A stretch of DNA of 64,000 nucleotides from Phoronis australis (Eukaryota; Animalia; Phoronida): NCBI GenBank assembly GCA_002633005.1, contig NMRA01000525.1, positions 142,857 to 206,856 of the forward strand, in the 5' to 3' direction. This document shows, in pieces, positions 37,217 to 51,323 of this stretch (position 1 is its first letter; every line of letters starts with the position of its first letter). The notes below the pieces were generated by a model. It was not told where the DNA came from. It searched no databases and saw only the letters and a program-made list of their open reading frames with translations. Made by a program: the position numbers and the translations under genes.

Positions 37217-37890
37217 TTAGTTCATCACCGCTACCATGAAAAGATTGCCTGTCGGCTTGATCCCTGTTGTCATACTAATTTTGCTATGTTGCAGACCACT
37301 CCGAATTTTACTCACAACCAGGATGCTTTCGACGAACGGGTGTAGTCGGCAATAATGATTAAGTTCTCCGTTTTCTCTGTAAAGTGGTTCCTGGTTACGG
37401 TTCGGGCATTTCGTTGTAGCTCCCATTAAAGTGGAGTGGTCAGGTTTGACGGCAATTTTGTAGGGGAAGTGATTACCAAGAATGGTATTCAGTTGTTCCT
37501 TGAAATAAATGAAGTCCAGATCTTTGGCTTCTGCTCTTATCTTTCCGTGTTTATGCAAGTCCTGGCATTTTCAAAGCACATCCTTGTTCTTTGGGGAATT
37601 CCAGTTTGGCAGGAATACAGGTATCCTTCAGATAAGTGCAAATTGGCCAAAATCTGGTTGCTAAGTTATGATATATTCCTGCAATCTATTTGGAGTACTA
37701 GAGCATTGCATGTATTGTATGGTCTCTTGCAGCGGGGCAGTCGTGAATTTGTGAGTTTAGGTACAAAAAACGGGCCAATATTGCAATTTTTGGCATCTCA
37801 TTTTTCCGAAGAACGCAGCAAGGGATAAAGGCTTGGTTTTGTTGAATTTCTTCATCTCTGAGAACCCATCGAATGTGCTTTCGTATAAGT
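37217..37890 (-). pseudogene. Decayed intronless coding remnant of unknown (TE or viral?) origin
   Basis: A protein-like reading continues upstream of the 113-aa ORF through several stops: IRKHIRWVLRDEE..FIPCCVL..YWPVFC..FTTAPLQETI..TPNRLQEYI..PDFGQFA..IPVFLPNW..DFIYFKEQLNTILGNHFPYKIAVKP. Confidence 0.35.
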
Positions 37891-40218
37891 TATGCCTTTC
37901 TTCAGGTGTCTTGAGACAAAATGAGGTTGCAAAGGGTTTTTATTGACTCGAACCAATAATCAACAAAAGAAATATTGGTTGGTTAAACATGTAAGCCGAA
38001 ATACACCTACTGAGAATGTGGCGCGTGTTGACAATCATACAACGGTGTATGTTTAGGTGCAACTTCACGTAGTGTGAAGCTGAGCTGCCTATAGTCGGGA
38101 CTTTGTCGTATGTGCCTATGGAAAGAAAACACCGTTGAGTAGAAATCCGAGGAGCAAGTTTTTAAAATACCACTACAACGTAAGTGAAACTCGATTATCC
38201 AGTGATAGAACGGTGGATTTTGACTATGTTTTTGGTTTAGCATCGGAACTATTTTAGTCACGAGTTCAGTAGTCAGCTATGCCGTATATAGTTTGATGTG
38301 TCTTAATTCTGTACATTTTTATGCGTTATCTAAATATTGGCAAACACAAATGCATACTTGCCAGTTGTGGTACCTTAAGCTAATTCAGGCTATGACGGGC
38401 TTATTCAGAAAGCCCAAGAATCGGTAAGTTCAAACTGCACTGTCAACCCACTCCAGCACGCGCCTGCTTCGCGTCTTTTTCACAGTCGGAAACTTAAAAT
38501 CACCACCAGTCGTATGTTTTGGAGTAAGGATAGGATTAGACTTCGATTAAAAAGTCGCAAAGTTACGTTAGATAGAGGTTTACGTCACTCATTCTGTTAC
38601 GTTTAGGCGTTCTTGCGACTGATGTGCGTCAACCATTGACACCTTTGTTTGCTCCTCCGACGCTTTTGATTGGTAGTTTCGCTCATACCGCTAAGTAAGT
38701 GGTGCAAACTGTCGAGGGAATTTTGTGAAGCCTATATTTGACCGTGTTTACTTGATCTTAACTAATAGGTAATCTAACAATCTAGAAAGTTTGCCAAAAA
38801 TAAGGTTTGGTTTCGAGTGTAATACATTCAATCAAAGAAAAGACTCCGTCCGTTTCCGGGCTCATCACTAAATCAGCCGTGGCTAAACATGTTATGGTTC
38901 TGTTTGTTTGTTTCTTTGTTTGTTTGTCTTTTCAAAGTAAATGCAGTTTAGTAAAAAATGACTTCGTTTAACGTTGAATTTCCAATGGTCAGTTCACCTT
39001 ACATGAACGTATATAATTCCTTGAAAAACATCTGAAAAACTATAAACGTCATAGTAAGATACAAGAATAGTATTCTACTAATATACAAAAAAACTCGATC
39101 GCAGGTCGCAAACTCGATCGCAGGTCGCAGTCCGAACCTTTTGCTAGTGGAGCTAAACGCAGTCGATGAGTAAAGTATTTTAAGAGTATTTAAACCAAAT
39201 CATTATGGAACATTTTGAGAGAATGGCTAAGACAAAAGGAGCTGCATGCACCAACGTAGCTTCCATGAAAACTTCATCCTTTCGCAGTTTTGCTTGATGC
39301 GACTCCGTTTGTGGGCATAATGAGATCCGATCACAAACGGCAGCGGTTCATAGGGAATTCAGTCTCAAAAGCACCCTTTTGTATGAAATTACATAGTGAA
39401 AAATACCCATTAAGTTGGATGAACTCCACTGTCGGAACTTAAATACAGCGTTAATACACGTCGGCCAAGCAAACGTTAGATCGGACGTTTAATCTGCCGC
39501 CTAAAAATCACATGTGAACGCTCGTCAGATATCAGTAATTTTCCTTCACATCGCCCGCCCCAAACTGAATCGGGCTGCAGGTCTACCTCTTAGCTCAGTC
39601 TAGTGTACCGCTTATTCTAGTGGCTCGCCAGCATTTGCGCACTATTGTTCTTCTTATTTTACTCTATTTGACGGCGAATAGAAAACTCTTGTAAACGCTC
39701 ATTTAAAGCTTTTTGAGGCTCTTCTGTCTGCCATTTTTATAAAAATTACACATTTCGATCGCGGTAAAAGTTAGTTGTCACGGTCCTAGCTACGTGCGCC
39801 CAGAAAACGGGACCAACTGTCGAAACGGCATTAAACCCGTGTTTTCTTTCAAAAATATTTTCATTCTTAAGCCATTAACAATAATGGAATAGATGTTATC
39901 TTGCTGCTTAGACATGGCTCTGGGTTTGGGAAGTACTGAGAGTCCGTCAGAGAACACCGGCGCTAGTTGGGCCTCTGTGCATGTTAGGAAATTGTGCATA
40001 CATATACAAAACAAAAATCAACATACAACATCAGTGCCACTTATCAAAAATCTCATTAGTGATGGAGCGTGAATCACCGCTGACCCGGCTACGGCGGATT
40101 TAGACTTTAACTACCATACATGGGTCAGCGTACGTATAGCTCCACCGTGAATTTTATATTCCCCACCTACACCACTGTAAAATGAATCCGTAAGCAACAA
40201 TGTCGTCCTCCTGAAACT

Positions 40219-40716
40219 GTGATGGGCCGTTGGGGAAAAGTGTCGCCGGAAAAATACGAGCGTAATTATGTACATTACGCCGTTATTTACGCCATTAATT
40301 ACGCCGTAAAATTACGAGCGTAATTTAATTTTTTACGTTTTACAATTCGCAGTTGCGCGCGCGCGCTCACGTAAATACTTAATTATTTACTGTCAGGTTA
40401 TGTGATCTACGTTACGAGCACTGAATCATGGCGGATCAAATAGCTGCATGTCATTTACAATTCGCTGAACGCTCTTAAGGTATTTTACGAGCGTAATTTA
40501 CGCGACATTTCCCCCATTTGATATACGAGCGTAATTTTACTGCAACACTTTTGCAATTTAATTTACGGTCGTAATTACGAGCGTAATTTTACGGCGAAAC
40601 TTTTCCACCATTTAATTTACGAGGGTAATTGTACGGCGACACTCCTGCAATTTAATTTACGCGCGTAATTACGAGCGTAATTTTATGGCGACACTTTCAC
40701 CTCAACGGCCCACCAT
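40219..40716. mobile_element. MITE with TIRs and internal quasi-palindromic subrepeats
   Basis: tgggccgttggggaaaagtgtcgcc ... ggcgacactttcacctcaacggccca; many TTACGAGCGTAA-like units inside. Confidence 0.85.
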
Positions 40717-41949
40717 ATGAAACGCCATCCTGCGTTGAACATGGCGGACATCAACAAAGCAGGTGTCTGCTTGTTAAGTCCTCGTAGAATTAGCAATAAT
40801 AAGCATCACCGCGGTCGTTTGCTGTACTATGTCAAACGACAGTGGTTTGCTTACTACCAGAAAAGAAAAATGAGTACGGTTGAGATACCGTGTCAGCACT
40901 GGCTTCGGGTCTTTACTGTGAAACCGATGACGCAGCAAGGAAATTGGCGATTATGTAAATTAAACCCATTCTGTGAAAAGTGATTCATTGCGGTGGACTG
41001 TTGCGTCGAAGTTCGACCGCCTTGATGACTGTTTTTGAAGTACTCAACTTGATATTTCCGTTTTCGCTGAAATGTGTCAAAATTTATTACGTACCTTCAT
41101 TCACGTTGTGGTTTGCGGCAAGTTGTGACTTGGAGTGAAAATATTTCTCGTTATCATTATCGTTACAGTAATGTTATTGTCTATTAATTTAGACACTGAC
41201 GTCGTTGTATTTAGGAGTATTAATTTTCTTTGGCAACTTTAAATTGACAACGGTGTTGCCAGCGCTGCATGAGGGAGAGGGAGAGTTAATATGTTTATTG
41301 ACTTACACAACACAATAGTGAAATACAATAAAGAAAAAACACAGTTGGATAGCTATATACAAGCCTGAGACCCTCGAAGGCAAAAGAAGCGTCAATGAGG
41401 ATGACTGCACAACATAATAGAATACAACATAAAGAGAAAAAATGAGACAGTTCGTTATTTACTATTCATATATTCGACATTCAATGATTAGAAGACTGAC
41501 ATAAGAAATCAAAGGTTTAAGTACTTCAATAAATAAACAAGTAAAGAAATAAACCTGGAACCTTAATAAAAATTAAATTATCCAATTTTTGTTTTCAGTC
41601 ATCGAAGCAAGGCGAAATTACGCTTAAAACGGAGTAAATTGCGAGACAAATCAATCGTCATGACGACGCATAAAATACACGGAAATATTAGAAAACAAAA
41701 ATGAGTACACGAACCAGAGGGTTGGTTAGAGTGGTTCTTGCATGAAAAAGGGGAAATTTTGGCGACGTTGGTGACGACTGAGATAGGGTTCAAAATTGGT
41801 GTCGAATAAAGATTGACAAACATACACTTCATTCGGAGTCGTGTATCATGAATAAAAAATGAGTACGTTTCAGAGCGTTACAAAGTTATGAACAATAATT
41901 ATCAACAAACCTATGATCATTATTATTAAAGAAGTTATACAATTAGTCC

Positions 41950-42365
41950 AGAGAGTACAGCTTTTCCAGACACTCGAACAATAAACTCAATGTTTACATA
42001 AAATATTCTGATTTTCCTCAAATGTATAACAATGTTTTTTTCTAAATGGATGTAAAGAACTCGACGCAAGTGAAAATAAGATTTTTTCGAAATAGTATAA
42101 AAATTTCTTTTTAATATCAAATCTCTGTGTGAGTCGATAAAATTGTATACATGTAAATTACTTATTGTGTATGAAAATGATATGTTTACATTCATAATCA
42201 TTTATCATTGTAATCTTAACATTAGTGTTTTATTTTATGAATTTGTGTATAATAATTGTATATAGATTTCTTTGTATGAATTTAACTCAGATACAATGCC
42301 TTTTGGCGCTTTTTGGGTATGTATATTTATTGTACTGAACATTTCATAATAAGCATTTAAAAAAC
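41950..42365 (+). mobile_element. 5'-truncated LINE 3' end (same family as 46140-46910)
   Basis: Colinear similarity with 46520-46910, including tgccttttggcgcttt and an A-rich tail. Confidence 0.7.
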
Positions 42366-43961
42366 GACGGTAATATATAAGACGAGTGCAAAGATAATTG
42401 ATTGACGATAAGATGATAACTACTATCGATAAAGTAAATGAGAAATTAAAATTAAATCCAAAGCATACATATACGATACATCGTAGTTCTTAGATCCTTC
42501 TTCTGAATACGTCAAGCTTCGCCTATAGCCTATCGGAAATTAGGCGCATGGGCCTATGTGTGAAACGCATACCTAAAACCAAGGAGTACATTTTCAAGTA
42601 TTAGTACAACTTGAATAATCCGTTACAAACACATTGACAGACTGTATTCTAATGAGCTCAGAATCATGGACAAAAACAAACAAAAGACCCAGCTTTAGGG
42701 ATAGAAATTCAATAGTTAACTACCCTCGTCATATATGAATGTATCAGGAACATACATCTATAGGTGTAACACATGATGAAATTGTTTTTGGAAAATCTAA
42801 TTCGGCTGGTGCCTAAATAACATATACACTCCACTAAAAAGGCAGTTCGTCAGGCAGCCACTTCACCTGTAATACATTTTCTAGGTGAACAAAAGACTAT
42901 CACAAGGTAAGAATGTTGAATTTCCAACGACACAACACGGGGGTTGGTCTCCATTTCCTCTACTCAAATAGGGTCGACGACCCCTTTTCGTGAAATCCAG
43001 GCACTTGTATTCGCCATCGGTAAATATTCGAAGTTACTGGGTCACCGTAATTCGCATGAATGCACGCTTGTAACATAATACATCTGCGAGAGACTAGATC
43101 GGTAGTCGTTAGTTATCAGGGTGAAACTGTCAGCCACGGATGCAGGTCTTCCGTAAATTTGAAAACTTAGCATTTTTGAAAATAACGTGAAATATATGCA
43201 CAGTTCAGAGTACACATTAATTGTTGACTATTGCAAGGGTATAGCCATAAATTTAAATGAGCGTCCTAGTTTACAAATTGTTATCTAAATAGAAGGCCAA
43301 GTTTCGGTTTCGATGCTTAACCCCGCGGCCTCTACCAAATCAGCGGATTTCTGGGGCTCAGTTATTTTTGGCTTGAATGTTATTACATCGTATCCTCTAG
43401 AGAATTTAAACCTTAGTACATACAATTGCGACCTTATCTGGACGCAAACGTACTGACCAGAAATTATTTCGTTTGGCACTATGATGTTAGTCAACAATGA
43501 ATTTTAACATAAAATTGTCTGCATAACCCCTGAAAATATTTCTGTCGTGTCCGTAAAGGCCGGGGACTGTCCTCTAAATTTAGCTACGGATCTTCTGAAT
43601 CAATCGATTCAACCAGAAGAAAAATCAGCCTAGCCGTCTCCAAGCCATCAGTTTGTTAGGACGTGTTCTTCAACACAAAGTCGACAAGTCATTTAATTAT
43701 TTCATGTGGAGTGCCAACATTGGAAATGCAAGTAGAAAAAAAGCTCCAAAATAACAATCTCATTGGTGCGGAATGATACACATCACATCCGTTATACCGA
43801 AAATCAAGAAACTTTGACATGTTTTAAGACTCTTGTACCCGGGCGATTTGTTATCCAGCATTTCTTTCTTTATGGCATTCATTCTCCAGCTTTGCTTAGA
43901 GTCAGTGTCCGTCTGTAACACAGTCAGTGTCTGAATGTAACACAGTCTTGAAAACACAATT

Positions 43962-44361
43962 CAGGGCCCGGTCTCTTTTTACTCGAAATGGAACCCGAAA
44001 TTATGTTTGACATTTTCTTCTCTACTTTTGTGCGAACTCAAGAAAAGTGTCTATTAATATATGCTCCAGTACATAATGACTCACGTGGACAATTTATTAG
44101 TCACAGTTTGTAGTTGATAAACCCAACATCAAGGCTAAAAGTTCGAATTTGAACTCGAAATTTCTAGTTTTTACTCGAGTTTGTAGCACGGATAAAAGTC
44201 TTCAAGTGCAAGCTTGGATTAGAAACACATATGCATAAACTATAATGTATTTGAGCACAGTTTCATTACCACTTATCTTGAGTTCGCACAAAAGGAACAG
44301 AGAAATTGCCAAAAATTGTTTCGAGTTCGTATCGAGTACAAAGATTAGAGACCGGGCCCTG
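43962..44361. mobile_element. 400-bp MITE, PIF/Harbinger-like termini
   Basis: Perfect 14-bp TIR CAGGGCCCGGTCTC / GAGACCGGGCCCTG; internal actcgaa/ttcgagt motifs. Confidence 0.8.
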
Positions 44362-46139
44362 GACACAGGTAGCTGTAGGCTATTTAAGGCTACCCCCGAA
44401 CACTGCCTAGATACGCCATTTCGGCAGAACAGAATTGAAGAGTTCATATCATTCCTATTGGAATCGGAAGACGACGCCAACGCAATTTCATGATTACAAA
44501 TCTTGCTGCCGGGTTCTAATGGAAAACTGTAGCAGATAAGAAACAGGTAGCCTGCTTTAAACTTTAGGCTACTGTGTAAAGTCGCACGACTGAGTTGAGT
44601 CGAGATAATTTTTTATCATATGAGGTGAAATCCGACTTACCAAAAGGGTAAGGGACGTGCGAACATGGACTACCGTACGTCAGAACTACCGTACGTCAGA
44701 AGTACCGTTTGTTCGAGTAATTTGTCACTACACACCCCGACTTTGCTTCGATTTCCCATACGGCAATCGGCAGTGCACACACACTGGTCCGACGGTCGTT
44801 TACGATTTCTGAGGGTCGAAAGGAAGTCGGACGAAGCCTTCGTTCAACCATAAGTTGTACAGGACAGTGGAGCCGTGTCGGAACACCTGTTTTCACACTC
44901 CGATTAGTCGCATACAACAGCCCGTGTCGAATATACAAAACGTGGCCAACTTATATGCCACATCCGACTTATGCGCGTTATTGTAGGTTTAAAAAATATA
45001 TCGCTACCCAACAACACAGGGTTTTGGTATTTTGCCTCAAACCACGAGCTTCCTGGCAACTATAAAGTGTCATACTAGCCTTTCGAAGAATTTTGTTTGT
45101 CCATTTAGTACGCACTACCACAACACCAAATGAATATTTCCCCTAAGTTCATCAAACGCTGAACGAAGGAGCCAAGAAACATGAAAAGAAAATGTTTTAC
45201 TTTTTTTATAATCTAAAGACACAGTTTTCTATCATAAAATGTATATTTAGGACAGGGCGTCTGCGTTTAACAGAGAAAACGGGTGTTAAGTTTGTTTTAA
45301 ATACATGTTGTGAACACGCCCTTTGAACCAAATACCACCATCTTCTATTGCGAGTTAGTGAGGATGATAAGGCATGCTGAGAACTTTTTTCCAATTAGTA
45401 GCTCAAGGCTTGGGTTTTTGTTGACAAAATACAAAAAAACGGTTTTTCGTTTTATTGCTCATGTCCTTGTAGGTTGCACTGTCAGGCTTTCAGTTCCAAA
45501 GTCGAAAGTAAAAGGAAAACATTTTCTTTCGGACGACCTTTATATACCTGGGTTTACGCGTTCAGATTAGTGGTATTGATAGGTGGGTTCAAGGTTAAAG
45601 TAATTTGAGTGCAGACGTACTAAAACCAAAAGACATGCGCCCTGAGCGTTTTAGTTAGTTTGTTCCAAGACAGAAATATTTTAGGACTCATAAATCGCCA
45701 AACCGTTTTTTATTTTATTACTGAAAAGGCGACACATTTTAAACGCAATAATAAAACACAATTTGTGTAGAAAATTTTTTTTGCGGATTTTTTCCGTTAC
45801 TAAAACCGAATGCTATCAAACGAACAGGATAACGTTGCAGCGGCACAAAGTCCTTGGGTATATACACATAACTGCTAGTTATATTAGTTGGAAATTATTT
45901 CTGGACTGCGCACTCATAGTTACTTGGCTGAACCCTTTTCAACAAATGTGAAGTGCCGGGGAGCGTAAGACCAAATTTCTGGCTTAGTCTTAAGTCACTT
46001 TCATGAAATAGCCCCAGGATATGCTAATAATAGGTTTACTCCTAACAGTAAACTAATGCTTAGATAGTGTTGCTGGAGCTACATGTACGCCTGCCTTAGA
46101 TCAAAGTAATGAGCTAACTTTGGAACGAATAAATTAACA

Positions 46140-46910
46140 GTCATTTTATTGAAACGTTGAGGAGTGTGCATACTATTCCAGCCTCCATCAGCCAAGCCTT
46201 CAGAAGATCAACGATATTAACTTGTATTGACAACTGGAATTCCTTACCATTCAAAATAAAAGAAAGCACTTCAATCGTCACTCTCAAAAATAACTTTAAA
46301 ATGCATAACACTACTCCAGACTTGCCAGTCCCATTGACATCATTCCAACTTCCCCGCAACCATGAAATAACCCTATACAGATCAAGATGTGGTCTATTCC
46401 TAAACAATGAGAAATTTAGACACGATTTTAATAATATTTCGCCTCTGTGTTCCTGTGGAGATACCCAGACATATCCTCATGTTTTCTTTGCTTGTGAGGT
46501 ATGCAAGGAGGAGAGGGTACAGCTCTTCCAGGCACTCGATCAATACCCCAATGTTTATAAAAAATATTCTGAAATTCCGCAATTGTACAACAAAATTTTA
46601 ATTTGACATCCATATATAAAGAAATTAAAATTTCTTTCTATATGGATGTCAAGAACTTAACTCAAACGAAAATAAGGTTTATTTGAAATAGTATCAGAAT
46701 TTCTTTATAACATTAAATCTCTTTGTGTGAGTGGATAGAATTTTATACATCTGATATATCATTGTATTCTTATCATCATTTTTTTATGTATTCGTATATA
46801 ATAATTGTATATAGACTGTATTTTTTTACCCAGATCTAATGCCTCTTGGCGCTTTCTGGGTTATGTATATTCATTGTATTCTGAAGATTTCGTAATAAAC
46901 ATTAAAAAAA
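46140..46910 (+). mobile_element. Non-LTR retrotransposon (CR1/L2-clade-like) ORF2 C-terminus and 3' UTR
   Basis: WNSLP..IK..TS...K, LYRSRCG, SPLCSCGD.QT..HVFFAC (C-terminal CCHC motif of LINE ORF2), then AATAAA and an A tail at 46894-46910. Confidence 0.8.
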
Positions 46911-47253
46911 GTGTGCAACGGCTTCTTGCGTATAGAATCATTTTGATGTAGGACCCTAGAAAAATGTCTAACTTCGAATTCGGAACATCATATCTCAGAA
47001 ATGAATCTTTCGAAAACCATGTTTTGCCATTGTTCTCGGACAAGCTGTAATTAATGTTTCATTGTTGCATGAGGGACTACCAAATATGATCTTGAAAAAA
47101 CTGTGAAGTTGCTTAAAACGAGAAAAAAATGATAATTTAGTAAACTGCTTTTTTGAGATTTTATCTTGAACATTTCTATCAAACCAAATTTGTTTCTTAT
47201 GAACGTCGTTGATAGCGAACAGTGTACCTTTCGGTTTTACTAAATTGTTCTAG

Positions 47254-47417
47254 AAAGACATGTCCACGTGACATTGATAAAAAGACATGTCCACGTGACA
47301 TTGATAAACAGACATGTCCACGTGACATTGATAAAAAGACATGTCCACGTGACATTGATAAAAAGACATGTCCACGTGACATTGATAAAAAGACATGTCC
47401 ACGTGACATTGATAAAA
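47254..47417. repeat. 27-bp minisatellite x6, each unit with a CACGTG E-box
   Basis: aagacatgtccacgtgacattgataaa. Confidence 0.95.
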
Positions 47418-50400
47418 AGTCACAAATCAAATTCTTCGTTCTTTCTTTTTTCCCAAAATTTATTTTTAATGAGTTAAAATGGACAGTTTTACAGATATTT
47501 GACTTACTACACAGATTTGTGCTACACAACCTTAAAATATCGACAGTTCTCGTGTTTCACAGCAGAGAGGGAAAAGAGCACATCCGATGTGATTGGGTGT
47601 GGCAAGAGATCACGTGACGCAATCGTTTGCCAATTTTTTCAGCAATTTTGCGATATTCTCACGTTACGACATCATTTAAAAGTTATCCAAATAAATAAAG
47701 CCCCGAAGCATCTAGTTTCAATTTGAAGCCGCCGGCTTTTTACTTAAAATTTCAGTGCATCCCAGGGTCAAAAGCAAAGTTCTTTGACAGGTGTGATAAT
47801 TGGTCAGTCTATGGTAAGTTAAGAAGGCTGTCCTGCGTTATCATTTCATTACCAACAGTGCTATAAGGTAAATTGTTTCCAGAGATGCGATTACTGGAAA
47901 GGACATACTTGCAATTTTCGAATCAATTTAACTTTTTCCCAAAAACTGTCAATGACTCAAACACTAGGAGTAGCGTGCAGAAGGGGGGGGGGGGCGTGGC
48001 GACGTCCCCAGGCATCCACATAGGGAGGCAACCATCACTATGAATACATTTTTGAAGTTGTGGTTGATTCAGTTGCAGTTAAATTAAATAAAGTTTCTAT
48101 TTCATCTTTTTTACTTTTCTTAGTATTAGGGTCCATGCATTTGAATCAAGAGAAGGAGTCCACTAAAAATTCGCCCCGGGCACCACTAAACCTCAGCACG
48201 CCACTAAGACTGTGCGAACAATTTGAAATAGCCAAAAATCCTAATTACAGTTTTAACAGTCGTATTAATTCCATTGCTCATGTTCGTCAAGTATAAACTT
48301 TGAACTTTTTAACCAGGAAACTATGCATGCCACGTCAGTGATTGTTGTAAACAAGACTTGGGATTGTTAGTCACACGCGTAGACGCCGGGGAACGTTGCA
48401 GTATAGTCAGAGTGGCGGACATACACGTGGAATTTTGTTTTTTCAAAATCCCCAACGGTGGAAGTTTGAGAAAAAATCAATTCCATCATTAACACTGTCT
48501 GCAGAGAACAGTTTTTAAAATTAAATTTGAATCATTTAAGTTGACCATTTTAACATTGAAGTCAGCATTTGAATTCGTAAAAATTGTACTTTTAGCAAAT
48601 ATTTTTGTGCTGAAAACAGAGGAAAACTTGAAGAACTGGACATTCATGGCTCGAAACTGTTCGTAATGACACAGTTACGTTACAGGAGTCATGAAAAACT
48701 TCTGTATGCAAAACTAAACAATGAGGAAGGGTAAACTTGTCTAGACTAATATTTAGTCGGTAAAGGGAAATTCCTCAAACGACGAGACCTGTCTCATGAG
48801 CGCCAGCCCCAGTAATAATCATAACGACTCCGGTACCTGATAAGTCACACGTACGGTGTATTGCAGTACAATCACTTCTATGCTAAGATGTTAAGTAAAT
48901 GTTGAATATTTAACCACCGAGGCCAAAACTTACAGTAATGACTATTGGTGTTATTTACATTTCGAAATTAAATCAAGCGTAGCTGTTCGTCTGGCTGCTA
49001 GGTGGGTTGAAAATTCATTAACGAGACTTCTCAAACGCGTTTGATTTCCATGGATCTCACTTTCGATCACGTTTTCAGTGTGTAATGTGCTATGTTTGTA
49101 GGTTTATGTAACAAAATGAGTTGCTTTCCAATTTTGTTTCGATCATGAGTTTTTATTCACATAACGCCCTTCTAAGTTCGTATGAAAGTTTTAATTAAAA
49201 TTTCAGTTGCCATTACATCATTAAAACCGAAAATCTCGTACTGGAAACGCGTCATGTGTAGTCACCCATTCAAACACGTTTTGTGTAAGCTTTCTAACCA
49301 ACTTGTTCATGCCCGTTCAGTTTCTGACCCGGTTGCACTTTCTGTTCCAACGCATTTGATTTCTTCCTTTGGAGCGCGTGGAGAGCAGATGTTTGGGGCC
49401 AGGTAGCGCATTTATTCCTGAGTAGCTCAACGATTCTGTTTAAACGATTGCGACAAAGTTAACACGCAGGCAAACCAATGATAACGTTTCTCAGTTGCGC
49501 CATTTCCCGGTTAAAGGGATATTGTTCCCAGAAAGTCCATCTAAAATCAGCGACAGGAGCATCGAGGCATTTAATAGCGGGCTCCCTGTGTCGGCATTCA
49601 AACACTTATATGCAAATAAGATTGCAAATCTCGACAAACTCCCCCCTTCTTGTATTACACAGCCACGAAACATTTGTTGCCTGTACTAAGCAACAATAGC
49701 TAGTGGCCGTTTAAAAATTAAGCCAAGAAAACTGACTGTAATAAAATGTTGTACACTTCTATGTCCTCTCACTAGACAACTGGGTTACCTTTTTAAATAA
49801 TTATGTATTGAACTTATAATCCATAACAACGGGCCAACGCGCACGGTAGGTCGACCTTGGCTACGAAGTCAGAGACAAAGCACAAATAGTTCCTTCATAT
49901 TTCGAGTGTCAAAAACCCATAGCCGGTAGCAATACCCAGGACCATACTAAACGTTCTACATAACACAAGTTCTTGTAACCATGTCAGATTGTATTCACAA
50001 TCGGCTTTAACTTGTGGAATGAAACGTGAATGTTGTGAAACGTCTTGCTTGAGTTCGACTGCAGCACCTCAGGGATCTTGATTTAAGACACCATATTGAT
50101 AATAGAGCAGCCCAGACTCAAGCAATGGAGTTACCTAAAATGATGTTTTGAGCACAACACAATATGCATGGTCCAACAACAACTTAGAAAATTAAGTTAA
50201 TCATTACTCCGCCACCATTAGGTGCCTCCTTGTCCCCAAGGCTTCAATTAATTATTAAAAATGAATCCCTGGTGCAAACTGTTAAGTAAAGCCAGCTATA
50301 CTGCTACACTAAGTTGTCTGAAAACTGTCCAGTGATGACTGCAACCTCAAGCTTGTATCATTTTTTCATAAATATGTCTACTTGGTATTTTTTACCAAAA

Positions 50401-51323
50401 AAATATTTTCTTTTTATTTTGAAGTATCACTGAGAATAAGTTCAAATGACTTTGTCTAGTTTTTGACATGTTTCCATGGAATGACTGGTATCCTTTAAGT
50501 TCAGAAAAACACCAAGGGTAACTCCAAGAACAAACCAACAAAGTACAATTACCTTTTTAAACACAACAGCTTTCACAAATTAGTAGCCAGTTGTTTTAAC
50601 CATGAATGTTACCATGGAGCTTCTATCCTAAGAACTGACCTTATAAATTAGTAAGGAATATAAAATGTTTCCTTAATTACTTTGTTAAATATTTCCATGT
50701 AAGTAACAAGGGTTAACAAAATCTTGAGTAATTTTTATACTCCTTCTCTTAAAGCGGCAATAAACCTGATTTCTGGGTTTGCAAAGACTTGCCAGTTTGT
50801 CATTCCTCAAGACCATGCGGGGTGCATGGACATGCCAAAAATTTTACACGACAATTTTTAGAGGCTAGTTTCGAGCAGCAATGAAACCTCAGTTATTTGA
50901 ATGAGGTAAAACAGTCAGTTGCAGCTGACTGGTTCACTCAAAGCCCAGAAATGTTTTGTGGTGTAAGATTGGTTTATAGCCACTTTAAATAATTACATGG
51001 CTGTAACTAGTGTTACCTACAAATGGTTTCAAGAAGTTGCTTTATTCTTTCATCTAAAGCCTGCCTACAGTGTGTTTTTTGATAACTTAATCAACCGAAA
51101 TATGACATGAGCCACAGACCACCACACTCGAAAATTGACCAATCGCATTATGCTCTTTGAAATTAGTCAGGTGTTGACTCTTGAGTGAAGTTTGGTGGGG
51201 ATGGAATAGTGACGCTGACGCTAAACATCGGTAGCGAGGATGTTGGATACAGGTGCTGATTCCATTCATTCAACTTGGCAAATCAAACGAGCTCCAATGC
51301 CAATCAAAAACACCAAACGCAGA

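Noticed and set aside
43285-43957. Possible minus-strand gene or transposase fragments
   Set aside because: Multiple stops, ambiguous frames and no motif I can recognise; cannot be supported without a search.
47197-47617. KTCPRDIDK repeat protein
   Set aside because: Translation of the 27-bp minisatellite; no splice or coding support.
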